A DNA stretch of 64,000 nucleotides from Balamuthia mandrillaris (Eukaryota), in contig JAVKOQ020000009.1 in NCBI GenBank assembly GCA_031835245.2, positions 310,001-374,000 on the forward strand, written 5' to 3'. Within the stretch, counting starts at the first letter, position 1, and each line of letters starts with the position of its first letter. The translations under genes and the position numbers were made by a program. Shown here piece after piece: positions 23,931 through 36,211 of this stretch. Under the pieces are notes generated by a model. The model saw nothing but the letters and a program-made list of their open reading frames with translations, was not told the origin of the DNA and made no database searches.

Positions 23931-26900
23931 TCAAGAAAGGGATAAAGAGGAACGGGAAGGGGAGGGAGAGGAGGAGGGTGAGGAGGAGTTGGAGTCAAAC
24001 AGCTTGAACTGAGAGAGCCAGCTGGAGCGATAGTCGGAACGGCATTTGACAAAGTCGAGCAGGTCCGCTCGGTCCATCTTGGCGAGGGCGCTGCTCGACA
24101 GCAGCTCCGACAATTGCTCAGGAGAGACCTGATGGATGTGGGCTACCTCCATCAGCATTGCAAACTTGTCGTTGAGGTTACTGTTCTTTATCTCTTCTTC
24201 TATGCACTTTTTGTACTCTTGTAGGTCCCTTTGTTGCAAACACAGTAAAGAGAAAATAGGTTGGTCAATTGAAAGAAGAAAGCACAAGAGAAACAGAAAG
24301 TGACCAGATCGCTATATTTGTACCTTTGCAACTTCACGCCTCCTAGCCCCTTGCTCACCGGATACTTTTTCAAGTGTGCCATAAGCACTCTTTTTGAAGG
24401 AAAGAAAATAATGAATACTATATGGAGCGGTCGAAGAGAGGGTGAGGAACGAATGTACCTAAAGACCTCGAGACCGTACTCCTCCAAAAAGCTTTGACAG
24501 TTGGCACCATCCAAGTTAGATTGTATGACGGAGACATCAGCCGCGATGGCAGCAACAGCCTGCGCGCAACCAGCGGTCACCTTGTCAATGGCCTCGAAAG
24601 CGTCATCGCTAAGACGAAAGTCTGGTTTCTTCTGCTTGCTTGACAATAACTTGCTCAGATCATTGCTCATCCGTGATAACCAAGACAACAATTAAGGGCG
24701 ATAGTCATATCCAAAACTGAAAAGAAGGAAGAATGAAAGAAGAAAACAAAAAGGATATAATTGAGACAACAATCAAGGCCTTGTGATATGAGATCCTCAA
24801 AATGGTTGAGAAGAGTGTTCTTCTTTTCGAGGCATTGATTTGAAACTGTGCGTGAGGATGACACATGTGGTAGCTATTGATGCGTTTGTTTGCGTTAAGT
24901 ACTTTGAGTTAAACAACCGAATAAAGATAATGTCGTACAATGAGAACATGGAAGTGCCGTTGGATGAGGATAACTATCTGATGGATTAAAATTAACATAG
25001 GTGAGTAAGCTCACACAAATGAATGTTTCTGCTGAAAGTGATATGGGGTGGGGCTGTGAGGCTACACAAGCGCCCGCCCATCACCCACACCACTTCCGTC
25101 GGCTCCATCGGGCAACGCTACGCAACGAGGTTCCGAAGAAGGATGTTGCGCGCTCCATTTACATCGCGATCCAGTCGTATCCCACATAGGAGTCGGCCAG
25201 GCGAGACAGCTAGAAATTTGCTGTCGAACCTCTGTCGACTTGCCCGAGGGAGCCAACGGGAAACGTGGGATGTTTTGGGAAAATACTCAGAAAAACGAAA
25301 TTTCACTTACCTGGTTCACTTGTTGCGTTATTTGGAAGAATGTCGTTGGGGAAGTGCTACTCTTTCTCTTTTTCAATTGCAGAAGGGCACTGAAAGAAGT
25401 TTATGAGCCAAAAAACAACTTGAAGAAAGCGGGTCCATATATACGTACTGTTCAAGAGCTGGACTGAGATATCTGTAGCCCAGGTACTCCAGTAACATCT
25501 CGAAAATTTGATAGAGATTCTGCGAGCTAAAAAGGGGCAACAACAATCCTTAGCGTTCTTTTCAACAATAAACGGCGAGAAGGAAACGTACATGTCTTCC
25601 TTGGAAGAAAGCTCCAAACAACGTTCCACAGCACCCTCACTGCAATGGAGAAAGGCAAAGATGGGTTCCAGCGAGGTTAGGGCTGTTACCGTTGCCAGTT
25701 TTGGTGTTTTTGAGTTTGTGGGTGCGCCGGGCCAACTTCGGGAAGCTCTATTCTTCTCTGCTTCCTGTGTCGAATGGAAACAAATTAGCCAGGCTCATGC
25801 ACAAACAACTCAAGCAAACAAACCTGTTGCAGCTGAGCCAAGTGATTCTCATAAAAGAGACGAAGGTATTTGGTCTCGTTTGAAATGTAGCTGGACATGT
25901 ACTTGTAGAATAAGGACTGCACCATGGAACTAAAATCAAACTGACCAATGTTATATTCTTGCAGAACCTTCACGAACTGACAAGTTTCTGCATGGGCCGA
26001 TTTTAAGATGCGGAGGTAAAACAACAGGGACTCGGGGGATGAGTCTCGAATGTTCAGCATCTTCTCCAAGAACATGCCGATCTACAGCCCGAAGAGAGAG
26101 TTAGAGAGAAATAGAAAGGAAAAAAAGTACTAAGTTAGAGGATGAGGAATGGGTAAATAATAGAGCTGCAATGGATAATACCCGTTGTTCGAAAATCCGT
26201 TGTGCCAACTCTCTCATGACAACTGCTGGATTAGGAAAAACCTTGCTTATGACCTCGTATTCATGCTTGCAAGCGTGCGTTATATCATAGAAGAATGCAT
26301 GTATTCTCGCATCCTCTTTAGTATCTTCCAGTTCGTTTGTGCTGATAGATAACGTTATAAGAGACGAGTAACAGAGATAGAGAGAGAGAGAGAGAGAGAG
26401 AACAATAAAATACCTAATTCTATGTTCACCTGCCTCTGCAAGGGCTGAATCCATATTGATACTCTCAGTATCGAAAAACATGTTCAACTTCATGATATAA
26501 TGCCGGATGCAAGACCCACAGCCATTGAATTCATTCAAGATCGAAGCAACTTCCTATAAAAGCACAAGAAGGATGAAGGTGAATATATGGGCGGTGCCAT
26601 GAATAAACAAATGAGGGCTTTGAATTGCAAGGTAGTACCTTCATCTTTGCATAGTCGTTGCGCTGAGAGGCTTCATCAAATTCCTGTAAGAGCTTGTTTT
26701 CCAACTTGTTACTTTCCTTCTCCACTGCTTCTTTTCCCTAAAGGGGACATAACCTCACCGTAAGCAAACCAATATTTGGGATGGAAATAGTACCATAAAG
26801 AAGGAGAGAGAGAGAGAGAGAAGAAGAAGAAGAAGAAGAAGAAGAAGAAGAAGAAGAAGAAGAACCTCTTTGGTGCGATCTAACAAATGCTCATTCAAGC

Positions 26901-28170
26901 GTAGGCGTTCAGCAACAGGATCCTGCGACAGCGACCATGCAAGATGACGGAACTGCGAACTGGGAGCAGTAGAGGTTGCACCAAGCCCGTTATTAGTGCT
27001 GCTGCCAACGACGCCTCCACTGGAGCCTGCAGTTTGGATGTAGTCCAGATCCTCCCGTTCTTTCCTTGTAAGCTTGACTTCCTCCTCCACTCGCTCCAGC
27101 TCTTGGGTAAAGCTGTTCAACTTCTTAAGAGAGCTGGCTTGCTTGGAGGTCAGTCCATCTTCTTCAACTCCATTTTTTTCACGTTCAGCAGTGCCTTGGT
27201 TTAACTTTATAAAGTGCTGAATGAGATCTATGAACGCAGAGAGAAACAGAATGAGACCATAATGTTATGAAAGGTAACACCCTATCCATTCAAAAAGCAA
27301 GTCTTACAAACCAGCTATCTCTACAGCTTTGCTGCGCTGCTTTTCCAAAGCTTCAAGCCTATCTCCGATTTGTACAGCCGTGTCTCCCACTTTGTAAATC
27401 CTCTGATCCAGTTCTTTGAAGCCTGCAAAAGTTTTCTGTATGCCCATACATAGCATGCCGTCACATTTTGTTTTCTGAATAAGCAACAAACTACAAAGAG
27501 AAGAGAAGAGCAGAGAAGAGAAGAGAACGACGAAGAGAACGATGCAGAGAAGAGAAGAACATATACCTCAAAACTTCGACTTTGTACAGTAACTTTGCTT
27601 TTGTAGGCCTCTTCCTCCGCTTTACAATCCTGCTCTTGGGCCAGCGCCTTCTTCTCTATCTGTTACGATTGTTTGTCAGTAGGGAAGTGAGAGAGAGAAG
27701 AGAGAGAGAGTGAAGAGAGCGAGAGAGAAGAGGAGAAGTGTCAAACAAAAACGGTCACACATGAAGAGGAAAGAAGCTAACCTGCTTCTGCAACTTGTTC
27801 AGCTCCTCCAACGTTCCTTCGAACAGCGTTAAGAAAGGCTTGATGTTGAACAGCACCACTTTTATGGCAAGGAGGAGTGAGCCAGTCACAGAACAGAAAA
27901 AAAAAGAAAGAAAGAAAGAAAACCTTGCTCTTTGTTTTTGTTGTGCTTTGAATTCTTCTCTTCCTCGTCCTTGACAGTCATGTCGTAGACCAGCCTCTTT
28001 GTAATGGTGTCCACATAGTCCCTCACCTCAAAGTCCTCTCTCTGGGGGAGGACGTCAACAAAAAAACAAAGAACGAAAGAAAGAAAGAGAGTCATGGTGA
28101 ACCGCCGCTCACAGCACCACAGCAGGTAGGTTACCTTGAACCGTCGAACATCACCAGGGGCCATACTCAT
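23931..28170 (-). CDS. EXOC5: Exocyst complex component Sec10
   Basis: FKELDQRIYKVGDTAVQIGDRLEALEKQRSKAVE, EYEVISKVFPNPAVVMRELAQRIFEQR, KQKKPDFR, LDGANCQSFLEEYG, DLQEYKKC, FVKCRSDY. Many short introns. Confidence 0.92.
25035..25262 (-). mobile_element. Second TnpB/Fanzor-family remnant with structured RNA, inside a SEC10 intron
   Basis: 25186->25118 encodes CGIRLDRDVNGARNILLRNLVA*, the TnpB RuvC-III motif. Surrounded by inverted repeats. The host intron 24978-25310 (333 nt) is much longer than its neighbours. Confidence 0.75.
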
Positions 28171-28779
28171 CTTGAAAAGCCCAACCCCCCTAATGGTCAC
28201 CACAAGCCCTTTCGTGTTGCTCTCTCTTTCTTTTCTTTTCTTTTTTGTTTATTATTTTGGGTGGAATTTCTCGTGTCGACCTATGAAGTTTCTGCTCTCT
28301 CCTGTCCTTCGAGGTTGTTACCCCTCGTGCAGAGGAGGAGAGCACAACCTCTGCTTCATGGCTGCGCATCCAGCGGTGGTTTCCGCAGCGGCAAAAGGGA
28401 GGGGTGCTGAAAGACACACTCCACCACCACCACCACACCTCATTTGTTGCTGCTTCGCCTCACGGAAAACCGGGGCGCGGTTCCATAGCAAAGGGGAGTG
28501 GTGGCAAGATGAAGAGTAGATAAAACAGGGGTTAGGGCTGGATTAGGTCAACTAAGAAGAGGGCTCCGCGCCCTTTCCCATTGGTCGTTTTTATTGGTTT
28601 ATCCATATAAGGAACACCCCGCCGCTTTGAACGAAAAAACAAAAAATAAATCAAAAAGACATAAAGCTGAGCCCACCAACAAAAAAAACACCCTTTACTG
28701 GTTCAAGAGCAGAAATTAGTTATTGGGGGGAAGAACCTGTAGAAAAATAAGAAGGAGGAGGGGGTGGAAATAGTGTAAG

Positions 28780-31180
28780 ATGTCATCCTCCGAACACTCT
28801 TCGGACAGCGAAAGATCGGGCTCGAGGAGCGGGTCATCTGGGCAGGATGGATCCTCTCGTTCGGGTTCCAGGTCTGGATCAAGGTCTGGTTCCTCTCGCT
28901 CCCGCTCTGGAAGCTCCCGAAGCAGGAGCAGGAGCAGAAGCAGGAGCAGGAGCGGTTCCAGCAGGTCTGCTTCTCGCTCTCCTTCAAGGGAGGGTTCCAC
29001 TGTGGAGGAGTCTGCCACCAAGGGAACCGCCACATCGCAGCAAAGCAACAGCGACAGTGACAAGGGATCCCGTTCGCGCTCTCGCTCTCGCTCTCGTTCT
29101 GGGAGCTCTCGTTCTCGTTCGCGCTCTCGCTCTGCCTCCCGTTCTAGGAGCAGCCGAAGCAAGGGCAGCGAGCGCAGAAGTTACGATGACAGCTACTCAG
29201 AGGACTACTACAGCAGCGAAGGAGAGTATAGCGACGAGTATTCTGATGATGATGACAAGTCTGACGCGAAGAAGCAAGCCTTTGCTGAAATGCCTCAGCC
29301 CAAGGTTCCCGATGAGAACCGCATCTTTGCTGATCCTTACGCGGCTGGGTTTGTTGACTCTGTTTTTTTTTTTTTGAAAAGCTTTGCATGGCTGGATGGG
29401 TTCGAGAAAAAACACTAACCTTTTGTTCGGTTTATCCTACGACAGCTTGCAGGAGAACATTAAGCAGCTGAGCTTGCATGCACTTAATGTGCAGAAGAAG
29501 GAGATCGCTGCCATGAAAGAGTTCACCGCTACATTTAAGGGCATGAAGGAGACAGATCCCAAGAAGGAGGAGAGCCAGAGGACCGAGACCGCTGACAAGA
29601 TCGCGGACATTAGGGCCGAGAGGAAAAAGTACCGAGGCCTCCTGTACGACGCCATTAAAGAGCGTAACAACCTGATCGAAAGCAGAGATATTGCTAAGCG
29701 TGAGGAGAGGCTTGCTAAGAACAGGGTAAGAATGAAAGATATCAGAATAACTTGAAAAATGTAGAAGGAGCTAACCTTAATTGATACACAGGCAGACAGA
29801 GTGGATCCTTATGGCGGCTTCGATCTGTTCCTGTTTGCCTTCTTCGTGATGGAGGTGATCCTGTTGGTGATTTACATCATTCTGTTGGACTACAAGAACA
29901 ACCCCTTCCCATCCGATCCGGTCGTAGTACAGAGGGACGCCACCCTCATCCAAGGAACGCCCAACCGTATTGACTACCTCTACTCGTTCTATTTTGGCAT
30001 CGCTGTCTTTGTATTCGTAGGTCTGAGCTTCACGTCCACATGGCTGCGAAGATATTCCTACTCCGCTATGGGGCTGCACTTCCTGATGGGTGTGGTGGCC
30101 TTCCAGTGGGCCCTCTTCTGGAACGGTCTCTGGATTGCGGCAGAGGCTGACAAGGACAAGATCAAGCTGGAGATTGACGATATTGTGAAGGCGGCCTATG
30201 CTGCCGCCTCTGTGATGATAGGCTTGGGAGCCGTCATTGGCAGGATAAACTCCCTGCAGGCCTTGGCCTACACCTTTGTGGCCGCCATCACCTGGACCGG
30301 CAACTACTGGATCTGTCAACATGAGATCGAGGCCAACGATGTGGGTGGCAGCATGACCATCCACCTCTTCGGTGCCATCTTTGGCGTGGCCGTCTCGTTT
30401 GGCCTCAGCTTTGGCGATAAGAAGAACTATACGGCCGCTGGTGAGCACGAGCGCCCATACTACTTCGGAGATGTTATGAGCTTCCTGGGAAGCCTCCTCA
30501 TCTCCGTCTTCTTCCCTGCTTTCAACGCGGCCCTGGCGCCCGATGGCACGCAGGGACGTGTCGTGGTGAACACGTTGCTCTCCATCCTCTCCGCCGGAGT
30601 GGTCTTCTACTCCTTCTCCAAGTTCTTTGTTAACCCCAGCAAGCTGAGGGCCTTGGACTACCAGAGCGGCTTCCTGGTGGGCGGCATTGCCCTGGCCTCT
30701 GCCCACTCGGTGTGGCTCAGTCCCTGGGAGTCCATGGTCATTGGTAGCGTGGCGGCCATCCTGGTGTGGCCCTGCATCCACTACCTGGCCCCTAGGGTCA
30801 ACAACCCGGACAAGTTGGGTGGCTTGGCTGGCTTCCTTCCGAGGGACACCCGTGGAGTGCTCCCCACTCACGCCCTTGCCGGCTGGTTCGGTGGTCTTGT
30901 TGGCATCATCACCTGCGCTGCTTACGAGGATCAAGCCCGCCACGGCCAAGACTCACACGAAATGTTCCCCCAGGACCCCGAGCAAGCCTTGGCCTTGTTC
31001 TTCACTTGGCTCATCTGCTTCTTCTTGCCCCTCGGCATGGGTCTCCTCACGGGTGCCTTCATGTTCCTCCTCGACAAAACCGTGCCCTCCGAGGTCTTGC
31101 CTGGCAAGCGCAGGTCCAAGAACAGGAAGTTCCACGATGAGAGCGTCTGGACTGAGCTCCCGCTTGACGTTGATGTTTAA
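28780..31180 (+). CDS. Rh/ammonium transporter family protein with Ser/Arg-rich N-terminal extension
   Basis: FVFVGLSFTSTWLRRYSYSAMG, SVMIGLGAVIGR, DVGGSMTIHLFGAIFG, FLGSLLISVFFPAFNAA, DTRGVLPTHALAG. Upstream exons 28780.. and 29445..29725 splice into it through short introns. Confidence 0.88.
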
Positions 31181-31384
31181 AATGTTGTTTGTTGCCCCTT
31201 CCCTTGCCCATTCGCCTTCCTCTCTTTTCAGTCTGCTTCTTCTGCTGCTGCTGATGCACGCCGCACTTTATAACGAGAGAGGCCCTTTTTTTATCCCCCA
31301 ACAACCTTCGCTCTTCTTTCTTTTTGTCTGTTTTTCTCAGGAAGAGAATGATGAGAGACAAAAGAGAGCGAGAGAGGAGAGAAA

Positions 31385-31431
<47 letters not shown>

Positions 31432-31543
31432 AGGAGTTGGAAGGCAAAGTCTATTCAAGTAAGGGATAAGGAAAAGAGAAGAAGAGCGCCTCTGCGCATG
31501 CTATTCATAATCCTGTGAAGATGCTTCTCTTTTCTGCAAAAAA

Positions 31544-34500
31544 TCAATAGCAAGCAGAGCCAGGCAGCTTGGTAGACAGGCAGGCAAGGTTGTTCTGTAC
31601 AAAGCTTTTGAAGCGCATCACATAGGTACGTGGTACCAAGATAGAGTACCAAGGCTGATAGGCGCTCATTTCAGCACACTTAAACAGCAATGCACAAAAG
31701 GAGAGATAGTGGTACCTGTCAGTAACGGCGAGGTAATTGGAGGCGTAAAGAAATTCTCCTGAAGTTTTGTAAAAGGGAAGTGGTTGGCTAGTGCTCGGCA
31801 ACAAGCAGTGGTGAGCCCTACAGGAGTGCGTTCATTAACAACAAAACAAGGTTAAGGAGAATGGGTAAAGAAACGCACCAAAACTGAATGTCTCGTCCGC
31901 TTTGTTTCCAAAAAGTAACCCTTCATTTTCCAAAACAAATAGCATTGTTAGAACAAGAGCAGTAACATAACAAGATGGCATAATAACATACTCAGCTTCG
32001 CCAAAGGTCACAAAGTTTTCGGGATATCCAGGTTGAAGTTTGATCTCACCGATCTGCTTCTGGAAGGGGTCTTTCCAAGTGGCTACCGTTTGTTGAGTAC
32101 GAGTGTCAAATAGCTGAAGATGGCCAGTGCCAAAACCAAAGATGACCTCGTAGGCATTCTTGTAGGCATGGCAATAGAGTTCCTGGTTTAGATTATTATT
32201 GAAGACAAAAGTCAAGTCTTGATCAGTAATAGAGAATGTTTCGTAGTAGTTAGGCAAAAAGCATACCGGTCTTCCAGTATCTATAACGACTGAACGTCTG
32301 GTTCTCTCCGTCCGTATATCAAACTGATGATATCTCCCGAGATCGGTGGTACAGCTTGCAAGGTAAGGATCTGTATGGTACATTTGGTGAACTGCAGAAA
32401 AGCAAACTTGAAGAAAAGAAAAGAAACAAACCGTCAGGGTGCCACAGAACGCTGCTGACCACTTCATGAACAGGATAGTTATTGTTCTCGCTTCTTTGTT
32501 GTTGGGTAGCCATATCCCTACATAGCCTCTCTATGTCGGTCACTAAATAGTCCGAAGTAGTAGTTAGTGCATACCCAACGACATCCGGTTCCCTGAAAAA
32601 TTGAACAACGTACCGAATACACTTCCATCAAAGCCGCCTGAAAGGACAAGACTCTTATTAAAGGGAGATACACTGATCTCACGAATGAGGTCCTGGTGAA
32701 AGACCGGAAAGTAGGCTGTTTATGAAGTTAGCAACATTAATGCATAGCCAAAGGAAAGGTACATACTTAATTCCATGTCCCTTTGTGAGAACTCTGGTCC
32801 TATTCGCATATAAATTAATCTAGAGAGTGATGGTGAGTTAGCGTCTTTTAACGATACTAGATGGCACATACTTATTTGCTATGGCAAACAGAGCACTGTC
32901 TTGGTCTATCCATTGAATATCTCTTACATGCTGATGGTGTTGGATTTTAGCATTTAGCGATAATGAGAGGAAAGTTTTAAACAATCAGAAGGAACTCACA
33001 TCATCGATTGTGTACGTCCATAGAGAGGCAAACAAAGAGTCGGGCTGTGAAGGGTTCATATCTACACAAGCAAATATAAGTTGATTCCGATGCCTCTTAG
33101 AGATATCTTGCTCTTCTGTTCCACAAATGAAGCGACCACTGGAGTCTTGACTAAAGGCAGGCCGACTCAGTCCCGGTGTTATGCCTATTTGATTGAGATA
33201 TATGTGAGGAGTAGGCGCTATACGAGAGCAACAGGCATGGCGTACCTCTGTCATTAACGCTAAGCTCAAACAGGTTTATCCGCTGAAATTAACAAATGAA
33301 AAAAAAGCGCATTTAAGTCGTGTGATTTGTGCAAAGGGAGATGGCAGAAGCAAGGTGTACCTTGACTGGCTGAAGGGGAGTTGGCAGAATGGGACTTGTA
33401 TTGATCTGATAAGAGGCTTCATGGTGAGAGGCTTCTGGTAGGGATGCATCTCCAGAATATCCATATTCAAATGATGTGCCTATGTCATATCAAAGAGAAG
33501 TGTTAGTAGCGGAGTATGTTAAAAGCTGCGTAGATAGGCGCACCAGATGTAGGAGGGGAATATGGTCGAAAATGAGTATCCCCTTCTCATTGAGAGAAAA
33601 AGCAATTTGGAACAAACAAAAGAAACACATTTGAGCGCCATTGTAACATTTTTCCAGAGAATAAGCAAGAAAGAAGCAGAATGATAACGATGTACGTTAA
33701 GTAAGATAAGACCAGCAGCAAGAGAGAGAGAGAATGAGAGAGAGTACCATAAGCTTCAGATGGAGGTGTGCGGGTCACGTTTGTCAGGGAGGGCGGACCC
33801 GTAAAGTAATGCGGCAGCTCGCCGGATGGAGCGTGCGAAGGGCTTTCTCCGCCCTTGGTTAGCGAGGTGCTTTCACCAGCAAAGTGTGGTGTTGACACAT
33901 ACATTTCTTGGTGCTGTTGGTCATGTTGTTGTGATTGTGGGTGTTGATGAGGGGCATGGTGGTGCGACAGATAGTCGCTGTGAAAGGCACTCGTGGAGGA
34001 CGAAGGAGCTGCCCATATATCAAGCAGTGATGTGGTGGAGTCTTCCATGTGGTGATGAGGGTGGTGATGAGGATAGGCAGCTTCACTTGGTGATGGGGTA
34101 GATGGAAAGGAATAAGGGCCTGTGACGTCTCGTCCTGAAGGAGACAAGTCGCTAGTCTCTTTCAACGAAGCCGGTTCTCCTATTGTTGAGATAATAATAA
34201 TAAAAAGAAGAAGAGTGAGAAGAGAGAAGCGATAAGACAGAGCAGGGTTTCCAGGATGAGACTATACCAGTGGTAGGAGTAGGGCTGGACGCGAGAGAGT
34301 TCGATGTGGAGCTGCCAGACGATGAAACAGAACCAGATGACTGCATTGACGTGTTAGTAGTGGGGGTGGGTGAGTGAGTAGCTGAAAGGCGAAGGAACCA
34401 AGGGTCTTTGCTGCCTTTCTTAACGGAGGGTTTAAGGGAGAGGTTGTTAACCCAAGACCGTCGTCCTCCTTTTTGCAGAGAGATCGTAGATGCGATGCTC

Positions 34501-35669
34501 GATGGCTGAACGGCTTCTTTGAGTTGCCGCTGCTTTTCTTTTGCTCTCTTTAGTTTCCTATCTTCCTCTTCTTCCTCTTCCTCTTCCTCTTCCTCGTCTT
34601 GCTTTTTCTGGTCTTCAAGCCTCAAAGAGTAAAACGGCAGTTGAAGGTCAGCAGTAGCAGCTTCCCTGTTCGTAGTATTCTGAAGGTCCAGCAGGCAGAG
34701 TAAGTTCTCCTGCTCAGCAAGAAGGTTAAACACGTCTTGCTCCTCGTCGTCGAGGCTGGCTTCGTCCTCAACAGAGGGAAAAGAAACTGGTGAGAGAGAG
34801 TTTAAAGTGGAGGCAGCTGCAGCGCTCTGCACTGCTCGCGGTTGTTGTTGTTGAAGGGAGTGGTGGTAATGAGGATGGAGTTCGCCAGTAACGGCTTCAA
34901 CGACACTGTCAACCTCTTCTAGCAATGGCAAGTCAGCTATGTTGACAAGCTCTTCCTCCACACTCCAACCAGTCAAACTCTTTCCCCTTTCTTCCTCCTT
35001 TTCTTTTTCCTCCTCCTCCTCCTCTTCTTCCTCTTCCTCCTCCCCTTTCTTTTGGTGGCTTGATCTTACGGTGGCTGCGTATGCTGCAACAAAAGGCGAA
35101 CAAGCAGTGGCAGCGGCGGTGGAGGCGTTGCGTAGCTGCTGCCAGCAGGCGTTGTGGTGGTTCTCCTGCTGTTGACCACTATAGTGGTTATGGTGGTTGG
35201 CGGGTTGGTCAAAGGGAGGGGCTGCCTTGGCTGTCCCTCCTGCTCCTCCTCCTCCTCCTAGCTCAAGGCTGTGGCTGAGTAGTTGTAGGGGCAAGGCAAC
35301 GGTTAAAAAAGTGCCCAACGGGTCTCCGCAACTTGCCTCTTCTGCTTCTTCTTTCTCTTCTTCCTCCTCTTCTGCCCCCTTCCACCACTTACTCATACAA
35401 TAGGCTCTCCTTGCTCCTCCGTCCCTGTCCCTGCCCTCGTTCTCGTGGCCGCTGCTGCTGGCAGGAAGGTGTGATCCGCCGCCGAAACCGTCGCTGAGGT
35501 CGTCCAACTTGCTTTTGTAACCGTCACTAGCGCCACCTGCGCCGCCCAAGTTCACGGCGCAAAGACCCTCACCGCCGCCAAACGCAGCAGCAAGGGCGGC
35601 AGCAGCAGGGGAGGGAAGGCAGCCCCCACCAGCCAGCGGCCATTGAGGGTGGTGGTGCGGCTGCTGCAT
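31544..35669 (-). CDS. WD40-repeat protein with long low-complexity N-terminus
   Basis: FHQDLIREISV, SGGFDGSVF, VVSSVKW, LASCTTDLGRYHQFDIR, FGFGTGHLQLFDTR, WKDP. It is uncertain whether the 521-aa ORF 34152..35717 belongs to the same gene. Confidence 0.6.
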
Positions 35670-36211
35670 AAGGGCAACCCCTCCCTCGCCTTTCTGTAGT
35701 TTTTCCCTGGCTTCCACGTGGGCTACACCGCCTCCCCTTCTCTTCTCCTGCCCTCTCTCCTGTCCTTCTACGAGCCTTGCCGTAACTTACTGTTACGCCG
35801 CTTGAAGCTGTGCGTGTCCCCCCCAACCGTTCTCTGTTTGCCTCTGAGGAGGAGGATGATCCGCTGCCAGGGCGCTCGCTTTACGTCTTGGCCACCCAGC
35901 GTGCCTGGTCAGTAAGCAGTCACCGCCCTCTCTCCCTTTGGCGCTTTACTTTTTCAACCACGAAATAAAAAAAAAGGAGGTGGGAGGGGGATAAGGGGAG
36001 GGAAGGGAGGCGGGCACCACTGCCCAACAACCATGCAAGGGGGTTTGGTGTGTAACCACTGCCCCATCATGGGTTGTGGTTCCTCCGCTGTGCCCCCTCC
36101 CCAGCAGCAGGAGGAGCAGCAAACGAATGAATGAATGGGATGACCAAAAAAAGGAGAGAGAGCGATTTTTTGTGTTATGAGCCGCCTGCTCTTCTTCTTG
36201 TCAACTTGTTT

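Noticed and set aside
25035..25262. Possible self-splicing group I/II intron (IStron-like)
   Set aside because: No recognisable group I P7 core or group II domain V. The host intron has ordinary GT-AG ends.
25000..25305. Loose direct similarity between the two flanks of the intronic remnant (GAAATTTCGTTTTTCTGAG vs GAAACATTCATTTGTGTGAG, minus strand)
   Set aside because: About two-thirds identity in AT-rich intron sequence, too weak to call a target duplication.
26895..26912. Other short GTAGGCG/CGCCTAC matches (about 26901, 33211, 61075)
   Set aside because: Only 7-9 nt, without the upstream TTTAAT or scaffold sequence. Expected by chance.
29777..30949. 390-aa minus-strand ORF
   Set aside because: Antisense shadow of the Rh transporter exon.
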